Shown here piece by piece: positions 19,126-29,430 of a DNA stretch of 64,000 nucleotides. The position numbers were made by a program, and so were the translations under genes. Below the pieces are notes generated by a model. The model did no database searches. It was not told where the DNA came from and was given only the letters and a program-made list of their open reading frames with translations. How positions within the stretch are numbered: the stretch's first letter is position 1; every line of letters starts with the position of its first letter. This DNA comes from Bacillales bacterium. GTDB lineage: Bacteria; Bacillota; Bacilli; JARBTR01. The stretch spans positions 32,612 to 96,611 of the forward strand of contig JAVBKF010000119.1 of assembly GCA_031554215.1 (NCBI GenBank), written 5' to 3'.

Positions 19126-19584
19126 TTTTCTTCTATTTTATCGGGCAAGAAACCGTATATACAGGATTTGAATTTTGAAAATCATTTGCTATAACCCTTT
19201 ACTACCCCCGTATTTCTCTGCTTCACAGTATCTAATCTTATCCTTTTAACATTGCAAAAGATTCTCTACTCGGGAAGTACTCCTTAATCTGATAATTTCT
19301 ATGTAATTAACACTAAAAATCAGTCAACGCCGGCTGACCCACGTTTCCAATCAAAATTTATTACGATGAACGATGGAGAGGTTAAGAAGTTTAGAAAAAT
19401 ATTAAAGAGGAGATGTTCCAAAATTCAGTTTGATTTTGTGAAATTTGGCGCATTTGATTTGTATACCTAAAGCTGATAAAAAATTGTTTTAATGATGCTT
19501 GTATTTGGATGTGAAAGCATAAAGTAGAGAAGTGCTGGAGGTAAGACCAGCACTGAAAGAAGTTTCCTTAAAGCGGGGGGACCA

Positions 19585-20337
19585 CTAGTCAAGCACCAAT
19601 CCAACAGGACAATGGTCACTGCCGTAAACCTCAGCATAAATACTAGCCTCAGAAATCTGCCCCTTCAAACGTTCGGAAATTACAAAGTAATCAATCCGCC
19701 AACCGACATTTCGCTCACGGACACCTGGCATGTAAGACCACCATGAATAACAGTCTTCCCGGTCAGGATAAAAACTACGGAAACTATCAACAAATCCGCT
19801 CGCCAGCAATTCAGTCATCTTCCCACGTTCTTCAGTTGTAAATCCAGCATTGCCGTGGTTTGATTTAAAGTTCTTAATATCCAGTTCCTGGTGTGCAACA
19901 TTGAGGTCTCCGCACAAAATAACAGGCTTCATTTGATCTAGTTCCAGCAAATATTGACGGAAATCATCTTCCCAAGTCATTCGGTAGGGAAGACGAGACA
20001 GATCACGTTTCACATTAGGTGTATAGCAATTGACAAGGAAGAAATCCTTATACTCAAGCGTAATCACGCGTCCCTCATGGTCATGTTCCTCAATCCCAAG
20101 TCCATAAGTCGCACTAATCGGTTCGGCCTTTGTAAAAATGGCAGTACCAGAATAACCTTTCTTATCAGCGCTATTCCAATATTCATGATAGCCAGCAAGA
20201 TCGATTTCTGCCTGCCCCTGCATCATCTTAATCTCTTGCAAACAAACGATATCAGCATCCATCGTTTGAAAGAAATCCATAAACCCTTTATTCAAACAAG
20301 CCCTGAGCCCGTTCACATTCCATGAAATTAATTTCAC
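19585..20337 (-). CDS. exoA: exodeoxyribonuclease III (Xth/ExoA family AP endonuclease)
   Basis: MKLISWNVNGLRA N-terminus. Conserved EEP-nuclease motifs (LQEIK, GDLNVAH, SDHCPV). Confidence 0.9.
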   Translation of the reverse strand: MKLISWNVNGLRACLNKGFMDFFQTMDADIVCLQEIKMMQGQAEIDLAGYHEYWNSADKKGYSGTAIFTKAEPISATYGLGIEEHDHEGRVITLEYKDFFLVNCYTPNVKRDLSRLPYRMTWEDDFRQYLLELDQMKPVILCGDLNVAHQELDIKNFKSNHGNAGFTTEERGKMTELLASGFVDSFRSFYPDREDCYSWWSYMPGVRERNVGWRIDYFVISERLKGQISEASIYAEVYGSDHCPVGLVLD

Positions 20338-20619
20338 TTTTATTCCCTACTTTCTTAATATTGCTATCCAAATCATAGCATTAGCTAGAGGGCGAGGCAA
20401 ATACCATTTTATACACGATGTTGCTATTCAGCATAGAAGAATAGCAGTGCCTTACGAATGAAGTAGGCTACCCATCATGTAGCGGGCAGAACGCCAGTCT
20501 GAATCCATTATCCCAAAGCCTTGTTTAAGAACATTAAACAATTGTTGTAATATTCTAGTTGTTCATTCTAGCACCCCCCATCCTAGCATAAGCTTACTTA
20601 ACAATGATCTAGGGGGGAC

Positions 20620-21609
20620 ATGATGCTGGAAAATATCCTGAACACACTACCGCAAGTATTGCTGGATGGTATCACACTAGGTACTGTTTATGCTGTGATT
20701 GCGATTGGCTACACACTCGTCTATGGTATTTTAGAACTGATTAACTTTGCTCACGGTGAAATATTTATGACAGGTGCCTTCATTGGGACTGCTCTGCTAC
20801 TTGTCTTCACATCAATTAGTGGTATTGCCGCCATTCCAACAATACTGATACTGATTTTTGTCATTATCCTGACTGCATTCTGTACAGGCCTTCTTGGTGT
20901 TGGAATTGAACGTGTTGCATACCGCCCGCTCAGAAAATCACCAAAACTGATCAGCCTGATCACTGCAATTGGTATCTCTTTCTTACTACAAGATCTGATC
21001 CGTTTCATCACGGAGTATAAGAAAGGCAACTACATCTTGACCGGTCCAAACTTATTTAGTGGGCAAATTCCGATTTCATTCTCGAAAATCACTAGCGTTT
21101 TCAATGATGCAACGCTAAAAACATCATTCCTACTCGTCCTCGTTTTTGCTGTCATCATGATGATTGGACTTGACCTGTTTGTCAATAAAACAAGGTGGGG
21201 AATGGCAATGCGTGCAGTTGCACAGGACCGGGAAATGGCTTCGCTAATGTCGATTAATGTCAACAAAGTCATCTCATTAACATTTTTTATTGGCTCATCA
21301 CTTGGCGGGGCAACCGGTGTGCTTTTTGCAGTTCAATACGGGACAATTGACCCATATATTGGTTTTATCCTTGGCATGAAAGCCTTTACAGCAGCGGTGC
21401 TTGGGGGCATTGGGAATATCCGTGGCGCGATGCTTGGTGGATTGATTCTTGGTGTTGTTGAAATGTTTGTGGCGGCAAACTTATCCATTCTCACCGATAA
21501 TAATTTTGGTGCTGAGTATAAAGACGTATTTGCTTTTATTATCTTAATCCTAGTGCTCTTGTTTAAGCCTGAGGGAATCCTCGGCAAGGCACAACATGAG
21601 AAAGTGTAG
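20620..21609 (+). CDS. livH: branched-chain amino acid ABC transporter permease (LivH-like)
   Basis: Polytopic permease similar to LivH. First gene of a livHMGF-like operon. GGGGGGA RBS is present. Confidence 0.85.
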   Translation: MMLENILNTLPQVLLDGITLGTVYAVIAIGYTLVYGILELINFAHGEIFMTGAFIGTALLLVFTSISGIAAIPTILILIFVIILTAFCTGLLGVGIERVAYRPLRKSPKLISLITAIGISFLLQDLIRFITEYKKGNYILTGPNLFSGQIPISFSKITSVFNDATLKTSFLLVLVFAVIMMIGLDLFVNKTRWGMAMRAVAQDREMASLMSINVNKVISLTFFIGSSLGGATGVLFAVQYGTIDPYIGFILGMKAFTAAVLGGIGNIRGAMLGGLILGVVEMFVAANLSILTDNNFGAEYKDVFAFIILILVLLFKPEGILGKAQHEKV

Positions 21610-21618
21610 GTGGCCCGA

Positions 21619-22878
21619 ATGAAAAAGACAATCACCACACTACTGCAAGACCAAAAGAAACAAGTTTGGCTGACTGCTGCTTATATACTGCTGACTTTCC
21701 TTGGACTCGTCGTCGCGAGTACATCAGTCATCGCATTTCTGCTTTTTCTGATTTCACTACTATTTTTGCATTACCTAAAAATTGATGCTCGGCTCAAAAT
21801 TGCCGCTTTTCTGCTGATTCTGGTCGTTCTGTTACCGTTTGCTGCAAGTCGGGGTGATTCCTACGAATCCTTCATGGATGTTGCGACGATGGTCGGCATT
21901 TATATTTGTATGGGGCTTGGGCTTAATGTCGTCGTTGGTTTTGCTGGGCTTTTGGACCTCGGCTTTGTGGCATTCTTTGCAATTGGTGCTTATACATATG
22001 CGATTTTCACGACACCACAGGCTGCGAACTTTATTCATTTCATCGACTTTCCGCTCAGTGGCGCGATGTTCTGGCCATTTATCCTACTTGGTGGTCTAGT
22101 TGGCGCGCTAGCAGGTGTCCTGCTTGGAATTCCGGTATTGCGTGTTAAAGGGGACTATCTGGCTATCGTCACTTTGGGGTTTGGTGAAATTATCCGGATT
22201 GTCTTTAACAACCTCGATAAGCCGGTCAACATTACCAATGGCGCTATGGGGATTTCCTCAATCAGTTCTCCCGTGTTATTTGGGACCCATTTTGTATCGC
22301 CGAGCCAGTTTTACTACGTTGTCTTGGTGCTTATGTTACTGACTGTTTACGCTGTTCGCCAGTTAGAGTTTTCAAAAATTGGCCGTTCGTGGAAAGCGAT
22401 TCGTGACAACGAAATTGCTGCACAAGCCGTTGGCATCAACTTGCTCAGAACAAAGCTACTAGCTTTTGCAGTCGGTGCCTTTTTCTCGGGGATGATGGGC
22501 GTAGTCTTTGCTGCTAAGCAGGGATTTGTTGACCCGACAAGTTTCACCTTTAACGAATCGATTATGATTCTGGTAATTGTTGTACTTGGCGGGATGGGCA
22601 GCATTCCAGGCGTAATCTTTGGTGCAGCGATGATGACTATTTTGAATCTACAAGTGCTAACGGAGGTAACCAATTGGCTTGGAGATATTTCTAGCATGGC
22701 AAATTTTCAGATTCCGCAGGCACTGTCCCCTGATAAATTGCAGAAATTTATCTTTGGGCTTGCATTAATATTAATTGCACTCTTTAAACCAAAGGGACTG
22801 ATTCCTTCAAAGAACCGTTTGCATAAAAAACTACCAGAAACAAAAACGAGTAACCAAAAAGGAGGGCGGGCACTATGA
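21619..22878 (+). CDS. livM: branched-chain amino acid ABC transporter permease (LivM-like, with N-terminal extension)
   Basis: Start chosen at the ATG 5 nt after AGGTGG. The LivM-type permease domain is recognisable. The stop overlaps the livG start (ATGA). Confidence 0.85.
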   Translation: MKKTITTLLQDQKKQVWLTAAYILLTFLGLVVASTSVIAFLLFLISLLFLHYLKIDARLKIAAFLLILVVLLPFAASRGDSYESFMDVATMVGIYICMGLGLNVVVGFAGLLDLGFVAFFAIGAYTYAIFTTPQAANFIHFIDFPLSGAMFWPFILLGGLVGALAGVLLGIPVLRVKGDYLAIVTLGFGEIIRIVFNNLDKPVNITNGAMGISSISSPVLFGTHFVSPSQFYYVVLVLMLLTVYAVRQLEFSKIGRSWKAIRDNEIAAQAVGINLLRTKLLAFAVGAFFSGMMGVVFAAKQGFVDPTSFTFNESIMILVIVVLGGMGSIPGVIFGAAMMTILNLQVLTEVTNWLGDISSMANFQIPQALSPDKLQKFIFGLALILIALFKPKGLIPSKNRLHKKLPETKTSNQKGGRAL

Positions 22879-23651
22879 CACTCCTTGAAGTCAAAGCACT
22901 GACAAAGAAATTTGGCGGACTAACCGCAATTGATGCTGTATCACTCACAATCGAAGCTGGCAAAATTACAGCAGTCATCGGCCCTAATGGTGCAGGAAAA
23001 ACAACTTTCTTCAATATGATCACTGGACTTTACCAAGCAACATCGGGCACTATTTATCTTGACGGTGAGTTGCTTCATAAATGTAAGCCGGATCAACTAT
23101 CAAGGCGCGGTATTGCTAGGACGTTTCAGAATATTCGTTTGTTTTCTGAGCTAAGTGTACTCGATAACGTACTGACCGCCTTTCATACGCATCTGAAGGC
23201 CAATCTATTTTCGGTACTAGTGCAATTACCAAAGATGAGGAATGAAGAAAAGAACGCTATACTGGAAGCCTACCACTTGCTTGAATACGTAGGGCTAGGG
23301 GCATTTGCCAATGAAACAGCGATGAACCTCAGCTATGGTGCCAAACGAAAACTAGAGATTGCCCGGGCACTGGCAACAAAACCAACATTATTACTACTCG
23401 ATGAACCGGCAGCAGGGATGAATCCAAAAGAAACCACGCAACTCACAGGGTTAATCAAAAAAATTAGAGAAGATTTTGACCTATCCATTGTATTGATTGA
23501 GCACGATATGCGGCTTGTTATGGATATCTCAGAACAAATATATGTGCTTGATCATGGGGTGAAGATTGCCGAAGGAACCCCATTTGAAGTGAAGAATAAT
23601 CCCAAGGTAATTGAAGCCTATCTTGGTTCAGGTTCAGTGAAGGAGGAATGA
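22875..23651 (+). CDS. livG: branched-chain amino acid ABC transporter ATP-binding protein (LivG-like)
   Basis: Walker A GPNGAGKTT, signature LSYGAKRKLEIARAL, Walker B LLLDEPAAG. Confidence 0.9.
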   Translation: MTLLEVKALTKKFGGLTAIDAVSLTIEAGKITAVIGPNGAGKTTFFNMITGLYQATSGTIYLDGELLHKCKPDQLSRRGIARTFQNIRLFSELSVLDNVLTAFHTHLKANLFSVLVQLPKMRNEEKNAILEAYHLLEYVGLGAFANETAMNLSYGAKRKLEIARALATKPTLLLLDEPAAGMNPKETTQLTGLIKKIREDFDLSIVLIEHDMRLVMDISEQIYVLDHGVKIAEGTPFEVKNNPKVIEAYLGSGSVKEE

Positions 23652-23652
23652 C

Positions 23653-24360
23653 ATGCGTTTACTAAACGTTGCTAATATAGACGTATCTTACGGTGGAGTC
23701 AGTGCGATTCGTGGTACTTCATTTCACGTAGATCAGGGTGAGATTGTTAGTTTGATCGGCAGTAATGGGGCAGGGAAATCAACGATCCTCAAATCAATTA
23801 GTGGTCTTGTAACCCCTGATGCTGGGACAATTAGTCTTGAGGGAAAAGAAATCCAGACGGTTGCGCCACATGCTCGAACAACACTGGGCATTGCTCATGT
23901 ACCAGAAGGAAGAAGAATATTTCCAAAACTAACTGTCAAAGAAAACCTGCTGATGGGTGGCTTTACAATTCGTAGTAAAGAGCTCATGAATGAGCGGCTT
24001 GAAATGGTATACCAGTACTTCCCGAAGTTACAAACAAGGCTAGAACAAAAGGGAGGGACTATGAGTGGGGGCGAGCAGCAAATGCTTGCCATTGGCAGAG
24101 CCCTGATGATGAATCCAAAATTACTGATGCTCGATGAACCATCTATGGGTTTAGCACCAATCATTGTTGAACAGATTTTTCATATTATCAAACGGCTTAA
24201 CCATGAAGGAACAACGATCTTCCTTGTTGAGCAAAACGCTTACCAAGCACTGCAGATTGCTCATCGCGGTTATGTATTACAAAGCGGTGAATTGATCCTG
24301 TCTGGGACGGGAGCAGAATTATTGAAAAACGAACAAGTACGTGAGGCGTACCTAGCGTAA
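23653..24360 (+). CDS. livF: branched-chain amino acid ABC transporter ATP-binding protein (LivF-like)
   Basis: Walker A GSNGAGKST, signature MSGGEQQMLAIGRAL, Walker B LMLDEPSMG. Confidence 0.9.
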   Translation: MRLLNVANIDVSYGGVSAIRGTSFHVDQGEIVSLIGSNGAGKSTILKSISGLVTPDAGTISLEGKEIQTVAPHARTTLGIAHVPEGRRIFPKLTVKENLLMGGFTIRSKELMNERLEMVYQYFPKLQTRLEQKGGTMSGGEQQMLAIGRALMMNPKLLMLDEPSMGLAPIIVEQIFHIIKRLNHEGTTIFLVEQNAYQALQIAHRGYVLQSGELILSGTGAELLKNEQVREAYLA

Positions 24361-24375
24361 ACAATTTGATGAAAG

Positions 24376-24438
24376 AAAAAAGTGAAACATCTCGAAGCTA
24401 AACTGGATTTCCAGTGGCCAACAAGTTTCACTTTTTTA
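24376..24438. terminator. bidirectional rho-independent terminator between livF (+) and the ygaD-like gene (-)
   Basis: AAAAAGTGAAAC...GTTTCACTTTTTT stem with flanking A and T runs. Confidence 0.7.
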
Positions 24439-24465
24439 TTTGTCCAATTATAAAGGCTGAACCGA

Positions 24466-26223
24466 TTAAGTACCTAGTTGTTGAATCTGGAATAACCGAT
24501 AATAAGCACCTTGCTTTTCCATCAGTTCGTGGTGTGTGCCAATCTCCGTGATTTCACCATGCTCAATCATCGCAATTCGGTCGGCATGGGTAATCGTTGA
24601 CAGTCTGTGTGCAACGATAAAAGTCGTCCGATTCTTGGAGAGTTTAATAATTGATTCCTGAATCAAATGCTCGCTTTCTAAATCAAGTGCTGAGGTAGCC
24701 TCGTCCAAAATTAATATCGGTGGGTTTTTCAAGAAAACGCGGGCAATTGAAATCCGTTGTTTCTGTCCGCCCGATAACTTGACGCCACGTTCGCCGACGA
24801 GTGTCGCGTAGCCTTCTGGTAACGCAGCAATGAATGCTTCCGCATTGGCCTGTTTAACGGCTGCTTCTACTTCTGCAAAACTAGCCTCAGGCTTACCAAT
24901 CAAAATATTGGAATGGACGGAGTCGCTGAACAAAATACTATCTTGAAACACAACACCTATATTATCCCGTAATGAGTGAATCGTTACATCGCGAATATCT
25001 TGTCCATCCAGTAGAATGCTACCGCCCGAAATATCATAGAACCGGGGGAGTAGTCCGACTAGAGAGGACTTTCCGCCACCACTCATCCCAACTAAGGCAA
25101 TCGTTTCGCCACGTTTGACATCGAGATTAATATTTTTTAGCGCATAACGATCATCATCGTAATACGAGAAGTAGACATTTTTAAAGGAAATATCCCCATG
25201 AACGGCCGTGCAATCTTTGGCACCTTCCCGGTCATCAATATCGTACTTTTCATCAAACAGTTCAAAGACTCGGTCCATTGAAGCAAATGATTGTGTCAAC
25301 GTGGTTGATGAATTGACTAGACGACGTAGTGGATCGTACAGACGGTCGATATAAGCAATAAATGCCACCATCGTACCGAGTGATAACTGACCATTAATGA
25401 CTTGAAAACTACAATAAAAAATAACCACAAGTGGTGCGATGTCTGTGATCGTATTGACGATTGCAAATGATTTGGCGTTCCAACGCGTTTGATCAAGTGC
25501 TTTCTCCATGAAATTGACATTAGTCTTATCAAAATTCTTCTGTTCATGCGCTTCAATAGCAAAACTCTTGATGACAGATACACCTTGAATTTTCTCATGA
25601 AGATACCCCTGCATCTCGGCCAGTGCCTGTGACCGGCGTTTCGTCAGGGTCCGCAGTCTTCCAAAAAAATAGCGAACCGAAATGGCGTATAGTGGCAATA
25701 ATATGAGTGAAATCATTGTCAGTTTGACATTGAGAGACAGCATAATAAGGATGACAAAGAATATAGTAGCGATATCAAGCCACAAATTCATTAGACCAGT
25801 GATCACAAAATCCTTCGTTAATTCCACATCATTAATCATCCGTGAAATGACTTCACCAACTTTAGCATTGGCATAGTACTTAAAGCTCAGTTTCTGTAAA
25901 TGCGAATAAAGTTTTGTTCGTATATCTACTAAGATTCTTGTTGCGGTCCATTGGGCGAAATACTGCCTGAAATACTCAACGGGTGGACGGATAACCATGT
26001 AGATGATAAACATTAGCCCCATAATCAGAAAGAGCTGATGAAATTTCTCATCTTGCGAAAGCTGACCATTCCCAATGATATCATCAATAATATATTTGAG
26101 CATAAGCGGCATGACTAAAGGAATAGCAAACTTAATCAATCCGATAAAAATCGTGCCGACAATGCGCCATTTATACGGTTTTACAAATTTTAAATAACGT
26201 TTAACTGAATCCAAACACATCAC
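24466..26223 (-). CDS. ygaD: ABC transporter fused permease/ATP-binding protein (type-I exporter, YgaD-like)
   Basis: Six-TM N-terminal domain followed by an NBD with Walker [10 protein letters not shown], signature [13 protein letters not shown] and Walker [13 protein letters not shown]. It is adjacent to a ygaC-like gene, as in B. subtilis. Confidence 0.85.
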   Translation of the reverse strand: MMCLDSVKRYLKFVKPYKWRIVGTIFIGLIKFAIPLVMPLMLKYIIDDIIGNGQLSQDEKFHQLFLIMGLMFIIYMVIRPPVEYFRQYFAQWTATRILVDIRTKLYSHLQKLSFKYYANAKVGEVISRMINDVELTKDFVITGLMNLWLDIATIFFVILIMLSLNVKLTMISLILLPLYAISVRYFFGRLRTLTKRRSQALAEMQGYLHEKIQGVSVIKSFAIEAHEQKNFDKTNVNFMEKALDQTRWNAKSFAIVNTITDIAPLVVIFYCSFQVINGQLSLGTMVAFIAYIDRLYDPLRRLVNSSTTLTQSFASMDRVFELFDEKYDIDDREGAKDCTAVHGDISFKNVYFSYYDDDRYALKNINLDVKRGETIALVGMSGGGKSSLVGLLPRFYDISGGSILLDGQDIRDVTIHSLRDNIGVVFQDSILFSDSVHSNILIGKPEASFAEVEAAVKQANAEAFIAALPEGYATLVGERGVKLSGGQKQRISIARVFLKNPPILILDEATSALDLESEHLIQESIIKLSKNRTTFIVAHRLSTITHADRIAMIEHGEITEIGTHHELMEKQGAYYRLFQIQQLGT

Positions 26224-26272
26224 TCATTTTTAAGGCAAGGAATCCTGCTAGAATTTTTGTGATTGTTGATTT

Positions 26273-26821
26273 TTACAACAATCTTGATCTTTTTTTCCGG
26301 ACCAAATTATTATACTTGCGGTGCCAATTCTGAACAAAACCTGGGGCAAAAGGCCCTTTTCGTGTTTCAATCCAATGAATTAACAGCTCCATATTCTGAC
26401 GAAGGATATGGTCAATACTATCTGGATACTGCATCAGTTCCATATGTAGGGCGTATTCATCTTCATCTAAAATAGCATATGACATATCAGGGAACACTTT
26501 GATATCTAGGTCGTAATCAATATACTTAACGGTGCCTTCATTATAAATGAAGGGCGAACTGAGATTGCAGTAGTAGTAAATACCGTCTTCCCGCAGCATT
26601 CCGATGACATTAAACCAGTTTTGGTAGTGGAAATAGCAAATGGCGGGTTCTCTTGTCCACCAAGTTCGACCATCCGATTCAGTCACAAGCGTGCGCTCGT
26701 TTCCGCCAATAATAATATATTGTGAGGCCTTCAAAGTGGTTGATTCTTGCCATGCTCGATGAATATGTCCATTGTGCTTGTAGCTGTGTATCTGAAACTT
26801 ATCTCCTTCTTTAGGAATCAT
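26273..26821 (-). CDS. ygaC: DUF402 / YgaC-family protein (FomD-like nucleoside di/triphosphatase fold)
   Basis: Close similarity to B. subtilis YgaC ([18 protein letters not shown]...[18 protein letters not shown]...CNLSSPF...[11 protein letters not shown]). The start was set at the Met matching the YgaC N-terminus. Confidence 0.8.
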   Translation of the reverse strand: MIPKEGDKFQIHSYKHNGHIHRAWQESTTLKASQYIIIGGNERTLVTESDGRTWWTREPAICYFHYQNWFNVIGMLREDGIYYYCNLSSPFIYNEGTVKYIDYDLDIKVFPDMSYAILDEDEYALHMELMQYPDSIDHILRQNMELLIHWIETRKGPFAPGFVQNWHRKYNNLVRKKRSRLL

Positions 26822-27075
26822 TTTTGAACCTACTTTCACCTAGTGCAAACTAACTCATGTATATAGTCCTACTTATTATACCTTATTTGAAGATAAAATA
26901 AATCAAATATGTGTCTGGGTTAGTCTAAAGGACTAAAGATGAAACTGAAAAATAGCACGTTGTCTTTAGAAATTATGTGCTAGGGTGCCTGGCTACAATG
27001 AATGATCTAATAATAGACAAGAAAAAAACCTGCTCTTATACAAGCAAGAGCAGGCGCGTTTCACAATTTAATTGA

Positions 27076-27219
27076 TTAATTATTTTTTCCGTTTTGTTTT
27101 TGTTTTTGGACAGCATTTTCAGAAGCAAACTCTGTTCCAAAACCAGATTGCTGGGTATTTGGTGTTTTCGCAGCAGAGCTTTTTCCTTGTTTAGCGTCTG
27201 TTTTCTTTGATTTAGCCAC
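27076..27219 (-). CDS. small hydrophilic K/Q/N-rich protein, 47 aa; candidate minor small acid-soluble spore protein
   Basis: GGAGGTG RBS 7 nt upstream of the GTG start. Translation: VAKSKKTDAKQGKSSAAKTPNTQQSGFGTEFASENAVQKQKQNGKNN. It was not in the ORF track because it is under 60 aa. Confidence 0.4.
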   Translation of the reverse strand: MAKSKKTDAKQGKSSAAKTPNTQQSGFGTEFASENAVQKQKQNGKNN

Positions 27220-27379
27220 TTTAAATCACCTCCACAACGATTAATATAACCAAGGTTGATTCCGGTAATGCATGAAAAAACGAACTCCCTTTATTTCTCA
27301 ATTTTGGTGAGCGAATGAAGCACGGTTGTAGGGAAAATAATAGAGAGGTACGGAACATTAAAAGTAACGGAGGGACAAA

Positions 27380-27535
27380 ATGTCTAAGGATAAAGGAAAG
27401 AATAATGATCAGTATCAAAGTGAACTACTGCAACAGCACTCCAATCGAAAGAATTTATATAATCAAGTGAATGGAGAGACACAGGCTAATCAGACAGACC
27501 AAAAGACGAAGTTGCATAAAAAACGGGGCGGATAA
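27380..27535 (+). CDS. small hydrophilic protein, 51 aa; candidate minor small acid-soluble spore protein
   Basis: GGAGGGA RBS 6 nt upstream of the ATG. Translation: MSKDKGKNNDQYQSELLQQHSNRKNLYNQVNGETQANQTDQKTKLHKKRGG. It is transcribed divergently from the 47-aa gene. Confidence 0.4.
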   Translation: MSKDKGKNNDQYQSELLQQHSNRKNLYNQVNGETQANQTDQKTKLHKKRGG

Positions 27536-27849
27536 TGGCTGGCTGCGGTAGCGCACTTTTGTTTTGAATGCAGCTCATTGTTCAATAAGTGTTATAGGCC
27601 CAAAGGACTTTCAGGCTAGGACCTGAAATTTGTGTGTAACTAGCAGGCAAATGAAGTTATAGTGATAAGAATACCCCAGCATTTCGCAGTGCTGGGGTGA
27701 TTTACTTATTCTCTTTATAAAGATCTATGATTTGTATTTCCAGATACTCGTGGATTGTGGTCTCTTATGAATACCTATTACGTGATTGATTTGAAACATT
27801 ACCTGTGTATGTTGACTAGGCTTTTAAAGTGAAAACGCATGTTGGATCC

Positions 27850-29271
27850 TTATTTATCAAAGGAGGCAAGTGCGGCTTTTAATTGCAAATCATTTTGCTC
27901 ATCTTTAATTTTTTTAATAATATTTGCTTGCATTTTTTCAGCCGTTTTCTGATCAACAACACCAGTGACAGTTAATGCTTCATTTCGTTGAAAAGCCTTA
28001 ACAGCCGTTTCAGTTTGATCATCGAAATAGCCGTCGTTACGTCCCGGTGCAAAGCCATTAGCAATCAGGCTTTCTTGAGCTAATTGCACCTGGTCTGAGT
28101 TATCATTCACCTTTAATGTTTGAGTCAATTGGAGTGGATGTAGGCTAAAGTAAGCAGGTTGGTGCACTACGATTTCTGGTGTAATGCCTTTTTTGTGAAT
28201 CCAAGTTCCATTCGGAGTAAGCCATTTGAAAAAGGTCATCTTGATTTCACTACCATCTCCAAGAGATACGGCTTGTTGAACTGTTCCTTTACCAAAACTT
28301 TTTTCACCAATCAATGAATAGCCACCTGCTTCATCCATTGCAGCAGCAAGAATCTCTGCAGCAGAGGCACTTCCTTCATTTATTAGCACAGTAATCGGGT
28401 AGTTTTTTTCTTTTTTCAATTTTGTCCGAAAAGCTTCTGTTTTGCCATTGCGATCCTGTATTTGAATATAAGGCTGATCCCCGGGAATGAAATTTCCAAG
28501 GACACTTTCAACACTAGAAAGTAGACCGCCTGGGTTTCCTCTGACATCAATAATAAGTCCCTTAATATGCTTCATTTCAAGTGCAGTAAGTGTTTTTTTA
28601 AAGTCATCAGCCGTTTTCTCGCTAAATTGTGTGATTTCAATATAGCCAATGCTTTTACCATCTGATTTCTTCACAGCAGAGTGAATCGTTTCAATCGGAA
28701 TTTCTTTTCTTTCAATGTTAAAAATCACAGGTTCTGTGCTACCAGCTCTGAGGATACCAATTTTCACATCAGTGCCACTTTTCCCGCGAATTTTGGCTAC
28801 AACATCGTTGACTGTCATCCCAATGGTACTTTTCCCATTCACTGATACAATTTGATCATGGGGAAGTAAACCAGCCTTTTCTGAAGGTGAGTTTTTGAAA
28901 GGGGAGACGATGACAATCTTGCCATCCGAATCACTAATCTCAGCGCCAATTCCCTGAAAAGTAGAATCCAGTGCTTCCTCAAACTGAGTGGTTGCTTCTT
29001 TATCAAAGTAGACTGAGTAAGGATCTTTCAGTTCTGCAAGCATTCCTTTGATAGCACCTTCAGTTAAGCGTTGCTTGTCCACTTTTTCAACATAATTTCC
29101 GACAATCAACTCATATGCACGTGTGATTTTGTCATATTGCTTATTGTGAACTGGTTTTGCCGTCGTTGGTTGTTCACCAACATGCGAAAATCCCCACCAA
29201 GCACCTGCTGTCATTGAAATTAATAATCCGAAAATTGCACAAAAACTCCAAACCCAAACCTTTTTCATCAT
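27850..29271 (-). CDS. ctpB: carboxyl-terminal processing protease (S41 family, PDZ domain, C-terminal peptidoglycan-binding domain; CtpB-like)
   Basis: Signal/TM segment, PDZ, and S41 catalytic region (GSASAAEILAAAM...KSFGKGTVQ). Position downstream of ftsEX matches B. subtilis ctpB. The start was set at MMKKVW after the AGGAGGA RBS. Confidence 0.85.
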   Translation of the reverse strand: MMKKVWVWSFCAIFGLLISMTAGAWWGFSHVGEQPTTAKPVHNKQYDKITRAYELIVGNYVEKVDKQRLTEGAIKGMLAELKDPYSVYFDKEATTQFEEALDSTFQGIGAEISDSDGKIVIVSPFKNSPSEKAGLLPHDQIVSVNGKSTIGMTVNDVVAKIRGKSGTDVKIGILRAGSTEPVIFNIERKEIPIETIHSAVKKSDGKSIGYIEITQFSEKTADDFKKTLTALEMKHIKGLIIDVRGNPGGLLSSVESVLGNFIPGDQPYIQIQDRNGKTEAFRTKLKKEKNYPITVLINEGSASAAEILAAAMDEAGGYSLIGEKSFGKGTVQQAVSLGDGSEIKMTFFKWLTPNGTWIHKKGITPEIVVHQPAYFSLHPLQLTQTLKVNDNSDQVQLAQESLIANGFAPGRNDGYFDDQTETAVKAFQRNEALTVTGVVDQKTAEKMQANIIKKIKDEQNDLQLKAALASFDK

Positions 29272-29430
29272 TAAGTCCTCCTGGTGTACGACTGCCTTTT
29301 TCACTGAGTAGAAACATTGACAGGCTATCTGTCTATTTCTATCATCTTATGAGTGCGTGGACAAACTTATGAATATGCACAAAAAAACACACAAGCGTTG
29401 CAACTTGTGTGTTTGCGTTGAATATGACTG

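Noticed and set aside
19126-19584. 460-bp ORF-free gap between the coiled-coil orphan and exoA; a GTGCTGGaggtaagaCCAGCAC hairpin at about 19532-19553 as a terminator
   Set aside because: The hairpin is not followed by a U-run on either strand. Only tiny ORFs (35 codons or fewer) without RBS are present. Evidence is insufficient for a feature call.
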